A stretch of DNA of 64,000 nucleotides from Candidatus Latescibacterota bacterium (GCA_965226795.1 CBDDDZ010000004.1:768001-832000), one strand, 5' to 3'. Shown: positions 49,330-60,085, numbered from the stretch's first letter. Notes: generated by a model from the letters alone, not told the origin. Translations and numbers: made by a program.

Positions 49330-49965
49330 ATGCCATTGCGATTGGGAGACGACGCGCCCGATTTCACCGCGCAGACGACAGAAGGTACGGTCCGCTTTCA
49401 CGAATGGCTGGGAGACGGCTGGGGCATCCTGTTCTCACATCCGGCCGATTTTACGCCGGTTTGTACCACCGAACTGGGCGTTGTGGCCAAGCTGAAAGCG
49501 GAGTTTGCGAAGCGAAACGTAAAGGTCATCGGGGTGAGCGTGGACCCGCTTGATTCCCATAACGGCTGGGTCAGCGACATCAACGAGACCCAGAATACCA
49601 CCGTAAACTTCCCGCTGATTGCAGATCCGGACAAAACCGTGGCCAGCATGTACGACATGATTCATCCGAACGTAGACGACAAGGCAACGGTACGGTCCGT
49701 ATTCGTAATCGGGCCGGACAAGAAGGTCAAACTGACATTGACCTATCCGGCTTCTACCGGAAGGAATTTCGCCGAAATTCTGCGGGTAATCGATTCACTG
49801 CAGCTCACGGCCTATCACCAGGTGGCAACGCCGGCCAACTGGGAAGACGGCGAGGATTGTATCATCGTTCCCGCGGTGACCGACGAAGAGGCAACCGAGA
49901 AATTCCCCAAGGGGTTTACGACTGTGAAGCCGTATTTGAGGTTTACCCCTCAGCCGAACAAATAG
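49330..49965 (+). CDS. 1-Cys peroxiredoxin (Prx6 type)
   Basis: FSHPADFTPVCTTE, YPASTGRN; AAGGAGG RBS. Confidence 0.93.
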   Translation: MPLRLGDDAPDFTAQTTEGTVRFHEWLGDGWGILFSHPADFTPVCTTELGVVAKLKAEFAKRNVKVIGVSVDPLDSHNGWVSDINETQNTTVNFPLIADPDKTVASMYDMIHPNVDDKATVRSVFVIGPDKKVKLTLTYPASTGRNFAEILRVIDSLQLTAYHQVATPANWEDGEDCIIVPAVTDEEATEKFPKGFTTVKPYLRFTPQPNK

Positions 49966-49988
49966 CCGGAATCCGAACCGATACCTGT

Positions 49989-50038
49989 CAGCCTGCGATG
50001 CTCCTCCTTGAGAGATGCGTTGCAGGCTGTTTTTTTTT
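49989..50038 (+). terminator. Rho-independent terminator
   Basis: cagcctgc...gcaggctg followed by a T9 run. Confidence 0.75.
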
Positions 50039-50157
50039 GGGTGCAGCGCATCTTCGGGTCAGCTGTCGAAGGGCGCCGCGTTTGGCGAGCCGGTTGTGGA
50101 CGCCGCCAATCCAGGGGCTTCTCCGGAAGCCGGAACATCCGTCCGGGTCGCCAGGTA

Positions 50158-50835
50158 TTATGAGACGAGTCCGCTTATGTCTTGCAGGCTGGATATTTCG
50201 TAGTGAGGCTCTGGAATGCGCGGTTTAAGTGCTTCACCGTTACGGTTCAGCCAGGCGACCTTGATGCCCGCCCGCCGCGCGCCGACAATGTCGTCGTCCT
50301 GGGAATCGCCCACGTAGAGGGTTTCCTCGGGGCGGCTGCCGATCAGGCGCAGGCCTTCGTGAAAGATTTCCGGCGCCGGCTTGTAGGAACGGGCGGACTC
50401 GGAACTGACGACCACGGGAAACGCCAGGTTGTTCCTCCTGAGTGCGCGGTTCAGATGGTCGTCATCCGCATTGGATACCACGCCCGTTCTGAACGATTCC
50501 AGTCCGGCCAGCGCGGGCTCGACGTCTTCGAAGATGGGCACATTGGCAAATGCGGCGAACAGGCCGTCGGTGTAGTGTTCGAAGGAAACTCGTCTGCCGA
50601 GGTTCTCGAACGTCTGTCCAAGGCTGATGAGATGCGCCTGCCGCATGGTGTAAAATGTATCGCCCTGAATGAGCGGGAAAAACGACCGGTCCCAGGTTTC
50701 AAAAAAGTCCTGTCCGGACATGCCGACGTCCTGTTCATCGACGATGCGGTCACACAGGGCATGGAGTTTTTCCATGGCGCCCGCAAGGAGGGTTTCGTAA
50801 GCGTCAAATAATATGGTGGTGATACCGTTCGACAT
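50158..50835 (-). CDS. HAD family hydrolase
   Basis: FDAYETL, VSN, YKP, YVGDSQDDDI. Confidence 0.85.
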   Translation of the reverse strand: MSNGITTILFDAYETLLAGAMEKLHALCDRIVDEQDVGMSGQDFFETWDRSFFPLIQGDTFYTMRQAHLISLGQTFENLGRRVSFEHYTDGLFAAFANVPIFEDVEPALAGLESFRTGVVSNADDDHLNRALRRNNLAFPVVVSSESARSYKPAPEIFHEGLRLIGSRPEETLYVGDSQDDDIVGARRAGIKVAWLNRNGEALKPRIPEPHYEISSLQDISGLVS

Positions 50836-50935
50836 TAACGGAGATCCTTCCCGGCAGCGGGAATTCTACAACCGCAGATGTCCGTTCCGTGCACGCAACC
50901 GGTCACGTCGGGGACTTCAGAGTGAGGGCAGGGCG

Positions 50936-52714
50936 CTATTTCCCGTCACGCTTTGCGGAAACGTCACGGCCCTTTGAGGCGACAGGACCGGCGGGTGCTT
51001 CGTTGCTGTATAGGGCGCCGCCCCGCTCGTAGGAAACCGATACCTGCCCGTTTTCGACTTCCAGGCGGGGGACGTTTTGGTTGAAGACGTCCCGGTCCGG
51101 ACCGCGCATAACGGCCAACTGGGCGTCGGTCATGTCGTCTACGAGGTCACCCCACCGGTTCTCGGCGTGGGCCATCTCGCCGCCGCTGCGGTTGAAATTA
51201 CGGGAGGAATACTTGATGAGGATCGCGCGGCGTGCAACTTCGTTTCTCCACGCCAACGCGCCGTGCGTCTGTCCCCCGTCCATGAAGAAAAGGACGTCGC
51301 CGGCTTTCATTTCGGGCTGACTGACGAGCCCCATGTCGTCGTCGCACAATCGCACGCCGGGGGGCATGCGATACTGGGACTTGTGGCTGCCGGGCACGCA
51401 GGCGAACCCGCCCATGCCGGCGGGAACGTCGCGCAACTGCCAGGTAACCGTCATGGCTTCGCAGTAGCTGCGGCCGTTCTGATAAACATATCCGCGGCCG
51501 GGGTTGAGCGGTTCGTTTGCGTCGTGCAGGGTGTGGCCGGAACCGCCCTTGACGGAGCAGAAGGCCGTGGCGTCGCCCAACCGTCCGCCGCTGGCGCCCA
51601 TCCAGTTCAGGCGGTGCTCCACGACCGGGTGCGCGACCATTCGCCGGAAGGGATTGCAGTAGGGTTCCGGAAGTTGTAGAAGGTTGGACAGCAGCGGCCT
51701 GCCGGTTCCAGCCAGCGCTTTCGATCCTCCGGAAAGTTCCCTGCCCACTTCGATCCGGTCTTCGTATCTGTCGATGGCGTCGTTTGCCTGTTCCAGCCAC
51801 GCTTCGTCCATCACGTTCCGGAGGACGAGGTGGCCGCAGAGATCCCAGAAGTAGAACTCCTTCTCGTCGATCCCGGATTCCGGATTCCTGACGTAAACTG
51901 ACGGATGATAGACCTCACGGGATTCGTCGAGGCGCACCGACTCTCCGTCCGTGAGGATGGTGGGCGGCGGGGTGGTGCTTTCGTAGCCGGGTCGATAGAG
52001 GGAGGCCTTCTGTTCGGCGGAGATGGCGGACATCCAATCGCGTGTGGGGTCTTCTCCGGTTCTGGGGCCGCTTCCGGTGGAGCGGATGACGCCCCGGCCC
52101 GCGAACTCGTAAGAGAGAAGTCGCTGGGGACCGCTCCCCGCCCACGGTCGCATGCCCTGCAGCAGGGCGCCGGCAACCAGGAGCAGGTCGCCGGCTTTGA
52201 GCGCGGGCTGCAGCGTGAGCCCCATGTCGTCCCTGCCGGTGAGCACGTCGTGGGGGGTCTCCACGTTGGACTTGTGAGAACAGGGTACTATAACGAAACC
52301 GCCCGCGCCCGCCTCCGCATCCGCAAGGGCCCACGCGGCGCGAACCGTTTCACTGAAGCGGCGCCCGTTCTGGTAATAGTAGGCCCGGGTGGGGTCGCGC
52401 GGTTCGTTGCCGCCCTCAAGAGGCGCATCCGGTTCGCACGTGGCGTCGCAGAGCAATTCCGGTTCGGTCTCAAGACGGAAGCCCTGCCCGACAACCTGAT
52501 TGAGATACCAGACGAGTTGGGGATGGACAAGAAGGTCGCGAAAGGGTTTGCGCAGGGGGTGAGGCCAGCCCAACATGCCCTGCGATGTCCCGCCGGCATC
52601 GATCGCCGAATTCAGGCCGGCAATTTCTCCCCTTGTCAGTACACCTCTGACAATAAGGTATCCGCCGATGTCGAAGCAGTAGTTTTCTTCGTTGCTCATA
52701 GAGTCGCGGTCCAT
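50936..52714 (-). CDS. Tandem two-domain PhyH-family Fe/2OG protein
   Basis: Internal repeat: FDIGGYLIVRGVL..VPCSHKS..GDLLL and WDLCGHLVLRNVM..VPGSHKS..GDVLFF..HG. Confidence 0.8.
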   Translation of the reverse strand: MDRDSMSNEENYCFDIGGYLIVRGVLTRGEIAGLNSAIDAGGTSQGMLGWPHPLRKPFRDLLVHPQLVWYLNQVVGQGFRLETEPELLCDATCEPDAPLEGGNEPRDPTRAYYYQNGRRFSETVRAAWALADAEAGAGGFVIVPCSHKSNVETPHDVLTGRDDMGLTLQPALKAGDLLLVAGALLQGMRPWAGSGPQRLLSYEFAGRGVIRSTGSGPRTGEDPTRDWMSAISAEQKASLYRPGYESTTPPPTILTDGESVRLDESREVYHPSVYVRNPESGIDEKEFYFWDLCGHLVLRNVMDEAWLEQANDAIDRYEDRIEVGRELSGGSKALAGTGRPLLSNLLQLPEPYCNPFRRMVAHPVVEHRLNWMGASGGRLGDATAFCSVKGGSGHTLHDANEPLNPGRGYVYQNGRSYCEAMTVTWQLRDVPAGMGGFACVPGSHKSQYRMPPGVRLCDDDMGLVSQPEMKAGDVLFFMDGGQTHGALAWRNEVARRAILIKYSSRNFNRSGGEMAHAENRWGDLVDDMTDAQLAVMRGPDRDVFNQNVPRLEVENGQVSVSYERGGALYSNEAPAGPVASKGRDVSAKRDGK

Positions 52715-52745
52715 AGCTCTTTCTCCCTGAAATGGGGTTTGTTGA

Positions 52746-53657
52746 TCAGGAACTTTCCGCCCATTTTTCCCGTTCCCATTGCTTCTGTCCAATCCTTTCC
52801 ACGTAGGACTCGCCCTTGTGCTTCAGAAGCCATCCCTTGAGCGGGACATCGGCATCCGTCGGCTGCCACCATCCTTTGACATCCACCCCGTCCCCCAGGA
52901 GTTGGCGTCGGATCGGATCGCATTTTTCGAGAATTTCCTCTTGAATCAGGTTGTAGTCCAATCCTCTGAGCCAGCGATAGCTGTATCCCAGGAATAACAC
53001 TTTTCGCGTGGTATCGGACGTATTCAACCCCCGCGCATGCCATAAACGCCTGTCGAAGAGGACCGCCGTTCCTGCTTTTACCCGGACCTGCATCATGTCT
53101 TCGAAGCCTGACGCCCTGGATGACCCATTGCCGCCGGCGGGCCAGCGATCCGGCGGGATGTCGCGTTTGTGGCTGCCTGGAACAATGCGAATCCCGCCCC
53201 GTTCGGGCGCGCGGGTGTCAGATAGCCAGAATGCGACCTTCAGCGAAAGCCGGGGATGTGGACGCTCCATCTCCGGAACGGGACGGCCGCCATCCTGATG
53301 CCAGCCGCCGGTCTTCGGATCGGCTGTGGCTCGCGGCTCCGGCGGGTAACATATCAGGTGCGAAATATAGTGCTGGACATTCCAGCCCAGTATGTCCCAG
53401 ATGAGCGGGAATGTCCGAGGCAGATCCAGCAGATCCAGAAAGGCGTCGTCTTCGACAATGGTCCGGAATTTGTTCATCAATTGATCGGGCTCGAGCCCCT
53501 GTTTTTCGCGTTCACGCGCATCCACGCGGTCACAGGCGTCCAACAGCCGGCCCAGCATTCGCGAATCCAGTGCATTTTCGACGATCAGAAAGCCTTTCTG
53601 ATCGAAGTGTTCCCGCTGTTTGTCCGTCATACAATGGTCAAGACAAATGGTCTCCAT
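52746..53657 (-). CDS. Phytanoyl-CoA dioxygenase (PhyH) family protein
   Basis: WHQD, IVPGSHK, FDRRLWH facial triad. Confidence 0.88.
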   Translation of the reverse strand: METICLDHCMTDKQREHFDQKGFLIVENALDSRMLGRLLDACDRVDAREREKQGLEPDQLMNKFRTIVEDDAFLDLLDLPRTFPLIWDILGWNVQHYISHLICYPPEPRATADPKTGGWHQDGGRPVPEMERPHPRLSLKVAFWLSDTRAPERGGIRIVPGSHKRDIPPDRWPAGGNGSSRASGFEDMMQVRVKAGTAVLFDRRLWHARGLNTSDTTRKVLFLGYSYRWLRGLDYNLIQEEILEKCDPIRRQLLGDGVDVKGWWQPTDADVPLKGWLLKHKGESYVERIGQKQWEREKWAESS

Positions 53658-53938
53658 CGTGTTTCTCCCATTGTGTTATCCATGTACCTTATTTCTCCTT
53701 GCAGGAGTAGATTGTCCCGGGATGCGTTGATTGAGGGTTCAAAAACGCTTCGACAACGCACTAGAATATCGGCCAGAACCGGGGGAAGGCAAGGACAAAA
53801 AACGGGGGGCGCAGGGTATTCGCGTTGATTTTTTCAGCCGGGCACATTAGATTGCGGCACCCCTGCGCCCGTACCTATCTTCTTCACCCGGGAAACAGGG
53901 CGCACGCGGATGTACATCTTCGAGAAAGTGAGAGTATA

Positions 53939-55336
53939 TTGGCTTCCCGGAATACAAACGTCGTGTTTATTTTAACGGATGACCAGGGTGTATGGGCCGC
54001 GGGGTGTTACGGCAATGCTGAAATCCGCACGCCCAATATCGACCGGATCGCGGACACCGGCGTGCGGTTCGAGAACTTTTTCGTGGCATCGCCGGTCTGT
54101 TCGCCCAGCCGTGCGTCGTTCTTGACGGGACGCATTCCTTCACAGCACGGGGTTCACGATTGGATCAGAAATGGAAACGTGGGGCCGGATGCGGCTTCTT
54201 ACCTGGCGGGAGAGGTGACATACACGGATGTGCTGGCGGAACACGGATGGACGTGCGGGATCAGCGGCAAGTGGCATCTGGGCAATAGCCAGATTTCGCA
54301 ACATGGGTTCGAGCACTGGTTTGTGCATCAACAAGGCGGCGGAAAGTACAACGATGCGCCGATGGTGCGGGACGGCAGGCTGATTGCGGCGCCAGGATAT
54401 GTGACCAACGTGATTACGGACGACGCGCTGGCGTTCATAGACCGGCATGAGAACAACGATGATCCGTTCTACCTGAGCGTGCATTATACCGCACCGCACA
54501 GTCCGTGGACGGGGCACCCTCAGGAAGTGGTGGATTCCTACGAGGATTGCGCGTTTACGTCGTGTCCGCAGGAAGCCCGGCATCCGTGGGCCATCGGACT
54601 GACGGATCAATGCCTGGGCAACCGTGAAATGTTGAAGGGATATTTCGCCGCCGTGACGGCAATGGACGCCGACGTGGGAAGGATTCTGGACAGGCTGGAG
54701 GCGCACGGCATTCGGGAACAGACACTGGTCGTCTTCGTAAGCGATAACGGGTTCAGCTGCGGGCACCACGGATTCTGGGGCAAAGGGAACGGCACGCGTC
54801 CCCTGAACATGTACGAGAATTCCGTCAAGGTTCCGGCCGTGATGAGCCATCCGGGACGAATTCCGGAAGGGTTCGTACAGCCCGCGATGGTGAGCGCGTA
54901 TGACTTTATACCGACGCTTCTGGATTACCTGGACCTGCCGCTTCCGAAGGGACGGAATCTGCCGGGAAGGAGTTTCCTTCCCGCGTTGCTCGGCCGGGAA
55001 GACTCCGGCCGCGAATCCGTGGTGATTTACGACGAATACGGCCCCACCAGAATGGTCAGGACGGGGGAATGGAAGTTTATTCACCGCTACGCGGAGGGGC
55101 CGAACGAACTCTACGACCTGGTGAACGATCCGGATGAACGCGAGAATCTCGTGAACGATGCTGATCAGGCCTCGCGGGTAATGGCGATGCGGGCGATGCT
55201 TGAGGATTGGTTTTCGACCTATGCGGACCCGGAAAAAGACGGGCGCGAACGGGCCGTTACGGGCGGCGGACAACTGAGGCCGGTCGGAGGAGATTGGGAG
55301 GATGGCGGCGATGCTTTTCATGGAAAGATACGATAG
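53939..55336 (+). CDS. Cys-type sulfatase
   Basis: ILTDDQG, CSPSRASFLTGR, GKWHLG, SDNG, ELYDL..DPDE; start uncertain. Confidence 0.9.
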   Translation: MASRNTNVVFILTDDQGVWAAGCYGNAEIRTPNIDRIADTGVRFENFFVASPVCSPSRASFLTGRIPSQHGVHDWIRNGNVGPDAASYLAGEVTYTDVLAEHGWTCGISGKWHLGNSQISQHGFEHWFVHQQGGGKYNDAPMVRDGRLIAAPGYVTNVITDDALAFIDRHENNDDPFYLSVHYTAPHSPWTGHPQEVVDSYEDCAFTSCPQEARHPWAIGLTDQCLGNREMLKGYFAAVTAMDADVGRILDRLEAHGIREQTLVVFVSDNGFSCGHHGFWGKGNGTRPLNMYENSVKVPAVMSHPGRIPEGFVQPAMVSAYDFIPTLLDYLDLPLPKGRNLPGRSFLPALLGREDSGRESVVIYDEYGPTRMVRTGEWKFIHRYAEGPNELYDLVNDPDERENLVNDADQASRVMAMRAMLEDWFSTYADPEKDGRERAVTGGGQLRPVGGDWEDGGDAFHGKIR

Positions 55337-55436
55337 ACCGTACCCCGGTATACACGTCCGACGCGTGGGGTGGGGTCGGACCGGTCGGCGGTAAGTCGGC
55401 TCGATTGTCAAAACCCGTAAGAGCGAGGAGTAACCC

Positions 55437-57071
55437 ATGAACGTTGCAGACGTGGTGGCCCATATATTGAAGGCGGAGGGTGTGGAATATTTATTCGCCT
55501 ATCCGGTGAATCCGCTCATCGAGGCCGCTGCCAAGGTGGATATCCGGCCCATTCTCGTGCGCCAGGAACGGATTGGCCTTCATATGGCCGACGCGTTGAG
55601 CCGGATGACGTCCGGCAGGCAGATCGGCGTCTTCTGTATGCAGAGCGGTCCGGGGTCGGAGAATGCATTTGGCGGTGTCGCCCAGGCATATGGGGATTCG
55701 GCGCCGATCCTGGTGCTACCGATGGGTTATTCCAGGAAGCTGACCAATGTACAGCCGAATTTCAACTCCGCGCTGAATTACCGGCATGTAACAAAGCTTT
55801 CAGAGCAGGTTATCCTGGCGGAAACCGTACCCGAGGTGATGCGACGGGCATTTACGCAGGTTCGAAACGGACGCCCCCGTCCTGTGCTGGTGGAGTTTCC
55901 AACCGACGTTTTCGACGAGGAGGTCCCCGGAACGTTTGACTACCGTCCCGTTCCTGCATTGAGAGCCGGTCCCGATCCGGACGCGGTTACCGTGGCGGCA
56001 ACCATGTTGCTGAACGCGCAGAGGCCCGTAATTTACGCGGGGCAGGGCGTCCACTACGCCGAGGCGTGGGAGTCCCTTCGGGATCTCGCGGAACTTCTGG
56101 AAGCGCCGGTGACCACCAGCCTCGGCGGGAAGAGCGCGTTCCCGGAGAACCATCCGCTTTCTCTGGGCTCCGGCGGCAGGTCCATTCCTAAGACCGTACA
56201 CCACTTCCTGCAGGAGACGGATCTGATTTTCGGGATCGGATGCAGTTTTTCGCGCACCCATTTCGGGGTATCAATCCCCGAGGGCAAGACGGTTGTCCAT
56301 GCGACACTGGATGCGGAGGACATCAATAAGGACGTGGAGGTCGAGCACGCCCTGCTGGGGGATGCAAAGCTCATCCTGGAAGCCGTGACGGCGGAGATTC
56401 GAGAACGGCTGGGTGGCCGGCCTCGTGGACGGACGGAACAGGTGGCGCAGGAGATTGCCGCAGTCAAATGCGAGTGGCTTGAGCAATGGATGCCGAAACT
56501 GACGCTGAACGAGGCGCCGCTATCGCCTTACCGGGTAATCCGGGATCTGATGCAGACGGTGGACGTACCCAATACGATCATCACCCACGATGCCGGCAGC
56601 CCGCGGGACCAGCTTTCTCCGTTCTGGGAATCTCAAACGCCGCTTTCCTACATCGGCTGGGGAAAGACGACCCAACTCGGTTACGGGCTGGGCCTTGCGA
56701 TGGGCGCCAGGCTCGCCAGACCGGACAAGCTCTGTATAAACGTATGGGGCGACGCCGCCATCGGGTTTACAGGAATGGATTTTGAAACGGCCGTCCGTGA
56801 GCGGATACCGATTCTGTCGGTGCTCTTCAACAATTTCAGTATGGCCATCGAACTACCCGTGATGCCCGTCTCCACGGAAAAATACCGCAGCACGGATATT
56901 TCCGGGCACTATGCGGACATGGCGAAGGCATTCGGCGGTTACGGAGAACGGGTGGAATCCCCGGAAGACATCGTGCCCGCTATCAAGCGGGGAATCCGGA
57001 AGACGGAGGAAGGCGTGCCGGCGCTGCTGGAATTCATCACGGCGAAGGAAATCGAATTTTCGCTTTTCTGA
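55437..57071 (+). CDS. Thiamine pyrophosphate-requiring enzyme
   Basis: RQERIGLHMAD, PRPVLVE, WGDAAIG..FNN. Confidence 0.85.
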   Translation: MNVADVVAHILKAEGVEYLFAYPVNPLIEAAAKVDIRPILVRQERIGLHMADALSRMTSGRQIGVFCMQSGPGSENAFGGVAQAYGDSAPILVLPMGYSRKLTNVQPNFNSALNYRHVTKLSEQVILAETVPEVMRRAFTQVRNGRPRPVLVEFPTDVFDEEVPGTFDYRPVPALRAGPDPDAVTVAATMLLNAQRPVIYAGQGVHYAEAWESLRDLAELLEAPVTTSLGGKSAFPENHPLSLGSGGRSIPKTVHHFLQETDLIFGIGCSFSRTHFGVSIPEGKTVVHATLDAEDINKDVEVEHALLGDAKLILEAVTAEIRERLGGRPRGRTEQVAQEIAAVKCEWLEQWMPKLTLNEAPLSPYRVIRDLMQTVDVPNTIITHDAGSPRDQLSPFWESQTPLSYIGWGKTTQLGYGLGLAMGARLARPDKLCINVWGDAAIGFTGMDFETAVRERIPILSVLFNNFSMAIELPVMPVSTEKYRSTDISGHYADMAKAFGGYGERVESPEDIVPAIKRGIRKTEEGVPALLEFITAKEIEFSLF

Positions 57072-57164
57072 TCGCGTCAATTGAAACGGCTATTCCATCT
57101 CCGGCGAAACGCGAATCCGTTGCGCCATCCAACATCGGTTCCACAATCAGACAGGAGGATTTTA

Positions 57165-57707
57165 ATGGGCCGGCTATCGGTTTTGGGCTTGGCGGTCCTT
57201 ATTGGTTTAGTGATATCCTGTGGTGACGACAAACCCACGGAGCCCGTCCACGAACTGGTTGGATCCTGGACTTACCAGAGATCCGAATTCAGTGTCACGG
57301 CAGCGACAACCCTGCAGAATTACCTGATGGGCCAGGGCCTGGACCAGACGGCAGCGCAAACCATGGTCGCTGACTTCATGAATGAGATGAGTAGCGGCTT
57401 CCGGGAAACGGGCCTGGAGATCGTGCGATTCAACCAGGACCTAACCTACGAAGATAATTCCGGCAATTCGGGAGTCTGGTCCGTACAGGGCGACGTCCTC
57501 ACGTTGGCCGGCGAAGATGGGTTCACCATACAATGCCAGTACTCTGTGGACGGCGAAGACCTGACGCTCATCCTGAACAAGGAGCGATACCTGAACATTG
57601 TCAGGCAGACGGAGGGTACGGTTGCGACCGACCCGGAGATCGTGGTGCTTCTGGATATTTTGTTTGGCGACGGGGACTCACTACGACTCTTCTATAAGGC
57701 CAGTTAG
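57165..57707 (+). CDS. Lipoprotein, lipocalin-like, copy 1
   Basis: Lipobox LVISC, ELVGSW, repeated W/Y-SV-GD-LTL strands; AGGAGG RBS. Confidence 0.7.
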   Translation: MGRLSVLGLAVLIGLVISCGDDKPTEPVHELVGSWTYQRSEFSVTAATTLQNYLMGQGLDQTAAQTMVADFMNEMSSGFRETGLEIVRFNQDLTYEDNSGNSGVWSVQGDVLTLAGEDGFTIQCQYSVDGEDLTLILNKERYLNIVRQTEGTVATDPEIVVLLDILFGDGDSLRLFYKAS

Positions 57708-57781
57708 CGGGCGGGAATTTTCGTGCACGTGACAGGTGCGGACGCGAAGCTGAGGTTGCGACACAGAAGGAGGGCGTCCTG

Positions 57782-58324
57782 ATGGGCCGGCTATCGGTTT
57801 TGGGCTTGGCGGTCCTTATTGGTTTCGTGATATCCTGTGGTGACGACAAACCCACGGAGCCGGTTCACGAACTGGTTGGATCCTGGGTTTACCAGAGATC
57901 CGAATTCAGTGCCACGGCAGCCAGAAACCTGCAGAGTTACATGGTGAATCAGGGCCTGGACCTGACGGCTGCGGTGCGCCTGGTCGCTGAATTCAAGAAT
58001 GAGATGGATAGCGGCTTCCGGGAAACCGGATTGGAGATCGTGCGATTTAATCAGGACCGAACCTACGAAGACAATTCCGGCAATTCGGGAGTCTGGTCCG
58101 TACAGGGCAACGTCCTCACGTTGGCCGGCGAAGACGGATTTACGATTCAAAGCCAGTACTTTGTGGACGGCGAAGACCTGACGATCATCCTGAACAAGGA
58201 GCGATACCTGAACATCGTCAGGCAGGCGGAGGGTACGGTTGAGATCGACCCGGAGATCGTGGTGCTTCTGGATATTCTGTTTGGTGACGGGGACTCACTG
58301 CGACTCTTCTATAAGGCCAGTTAG
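57782..58324 (+). CDS. Lipoprotein, lipocalin-like, copy 2
   Basis: Paralogue starting 617 bp after copy 1. Confidence 0.7.
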   Translation: MGRLSVLGLAVLIGFVISCGDDKPTEPVHELVGSWVYQRSEFSATAARNLQSYMVNQGLDLTAAVRLVAEFKNEMDSGFRETGLEIVRFNQDRTYEDNSGNSGVWSVQGNVLTLAGEDGFTIQSQYFVDGEDLTIILNKERYLNIVRQAEGTVEIDPEIVVLLDILFGDGDSLRLFYKAS

Positions 58325-58398
58325 CGGGCGGAAATTTTCGTGCACCTGGCAAGTGCGGGCGCGAAACTGAGGTTGCGACACAGACGGAGGGCGTCCTG

Positions 58399-58942
58399 AT
58401 GGGCCGGCTATCGGTTTTGGGCTTGGCGGTCCTTATTGGTTTCGTGATGTCCTGTGGTGACGACAAACCCACGGATGCCGGTTCACGAACTGGTTGGATC
58501 CTGGACTTACCAGCGATCCGAATTCAGTGCCACGGCAGCGACAAACCTGCAGAATTACATGGTGGGCCAGGGCCTGGACCTGACGGCCGCGCAAACCATG
58601 GTCGCTGAATACAGGAGTGAATTGGATAGAGGCTTCCGCGATAACGGCCTGGCGATCGTGCGATTTAATCAAGACCGAACCTACGAAGACAATTCCGGCA
58701 GTTCGGGAGTCTGGTCGGTACAGGGCGACATCCTCACGATCGTCGGCGAAGATGGGTTAACCATTCAGTGGCAGTACTTTGTGGACGGCGAAGACCTGAC
58801 GATCATCCTGAACAAGGAGGGGTACCTGAACATTTACAGGCAGAGGGAGGGTACGGACGAGATCGACCCGGAGACAGCGGCGCTTCTCGACATTTTGTTT
58901 GGCGATGGGGACTTAATACGACTTTTCTATAAGGCCGGATAA
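58399..58942 (+). pseudogene. Lipoprotein copy 3, frameshifted by an extra T at 58476
   Basis: acggaTgccg versus acggagccg in copy 2; starts 617 bp after copy 2. Confidence 0.7.
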
Positions 58943-59221
58943 AGAACCTGACTCGTTTCAGCCTGGATATTCTCGAACTCCCGAACCATAGACACTCCAA
59001 CGGAATTGGAACATTGCGCCTTTGGATCCAAAGCATCCAACGGCGCAAGCTTTAGAGTCTTACAATGCGACTTCTACCAAAATGGATACAGGTTTGTTCA
59101 TGCTGCTTGTTCGGGGATTCGTGTTAATGATAAAGGATCCACGTAGGGCGTGGCGTTAATGGCCTGTCTGCCGCGCCGGGGTTCGTTGAAGGGATCTTAC
59201 CGGCCCGATGATCGGCCGCCC

Positions 59222-59243
59222 TGTCATTCTGAGCGCAGGCGAA
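59222..59243 (+). repeat. Degenerate REP-like element
   Basis: tgtcattctgagcgcaggcgaa resembles common GTCATT-CTGAGCG extragenic palindromes; single copy here. Confidence 0.3.
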
Positions 59244-59634
59244 AAGCGCCTACCGAAACGTGGAAGGGGGATTCCGTTCACCGATCTCTGATGTTCGTTG
59301 CTTGCGCTGCAATCGAATGTTCGGATTTACTTTGAAAATCGAAATGTCTATTTTAGATATTCATGTATAATCGAATATCAATTTTAGATTTGTTCGGCGT
59401 TTCTGAGTGTTTTCTATGGGACCGCGCCAGACCTCGGACGGCATTTTGATATTGCCGTGGCAGGATTTCCTTGACCGGCTCTGGAGCGGCGCGAATTTCC
59501 CGCTACCATAGTCTCCTTTCTGCCGACCTTGTACGCAGACCGCCTTCCCCCAGTCCTTCCCTCTCATCACCGCTTTTTCATTCTCCGATTGATCGGTCCC
59601 GCGTCTCTCCCCTCCCCCGCCGGTTGGATGTATT

Positions 59635-60085
59635 CTATCCCACGATCGCATTGATGTTCTGCACAATAATGTCCGTCGCGCCCAGGGTTCGGAGGCGGAT
59701 CAGAAGCCCGGCCGTTTGCGATTTAGGCACGACGGTTTCGATCGCGCTGGCGCAATCCGAAAGAGCGCTGAGCGTCGGCGCGCGACGGGCGGGCAGCGCA
59801 TCCAGGACTGCATTTCTCTGAGAGTTGTCGACGTTCAATTTAATGAGTTGTTGATTCTCAGCCTCGAGCGCGCCGGCCATCAGGTCTCCCAGGGCGATCA
59901 ATTTGGATATTCGACTTCGCGCGATAACGACAATGGGAGATACCATGATTTCATCGAATATCTCGAGGCCGTTTTCGCGCAGACTGCTGCCCGTTATCGT
60001 GACACCCGCGCCGTAGTCGAAAAGCTTCATCGCCACCTTGATTTCGGTGCTTCCGTGTGAGAAGTCGATATCCGCATCCGGGTAC
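59635..60085 (-). pseudogene. hisG: 3' half of an ATP phosphoribosyltransferase (long-form HisG), fused in frame to the surface protein
   Basis: FSHGSTEIK, TGSSLRENGLEI, LPARRAPTLSAL, LRTLGATDIIV. Confidence 0.75.

Noticed and set aside
57165..58942. Diversity-generating retroelement template/variable repeats
   Set aside because: Differences are not adenine-specific, whole genes are repeated, and there is no reverse transcriptase in the window
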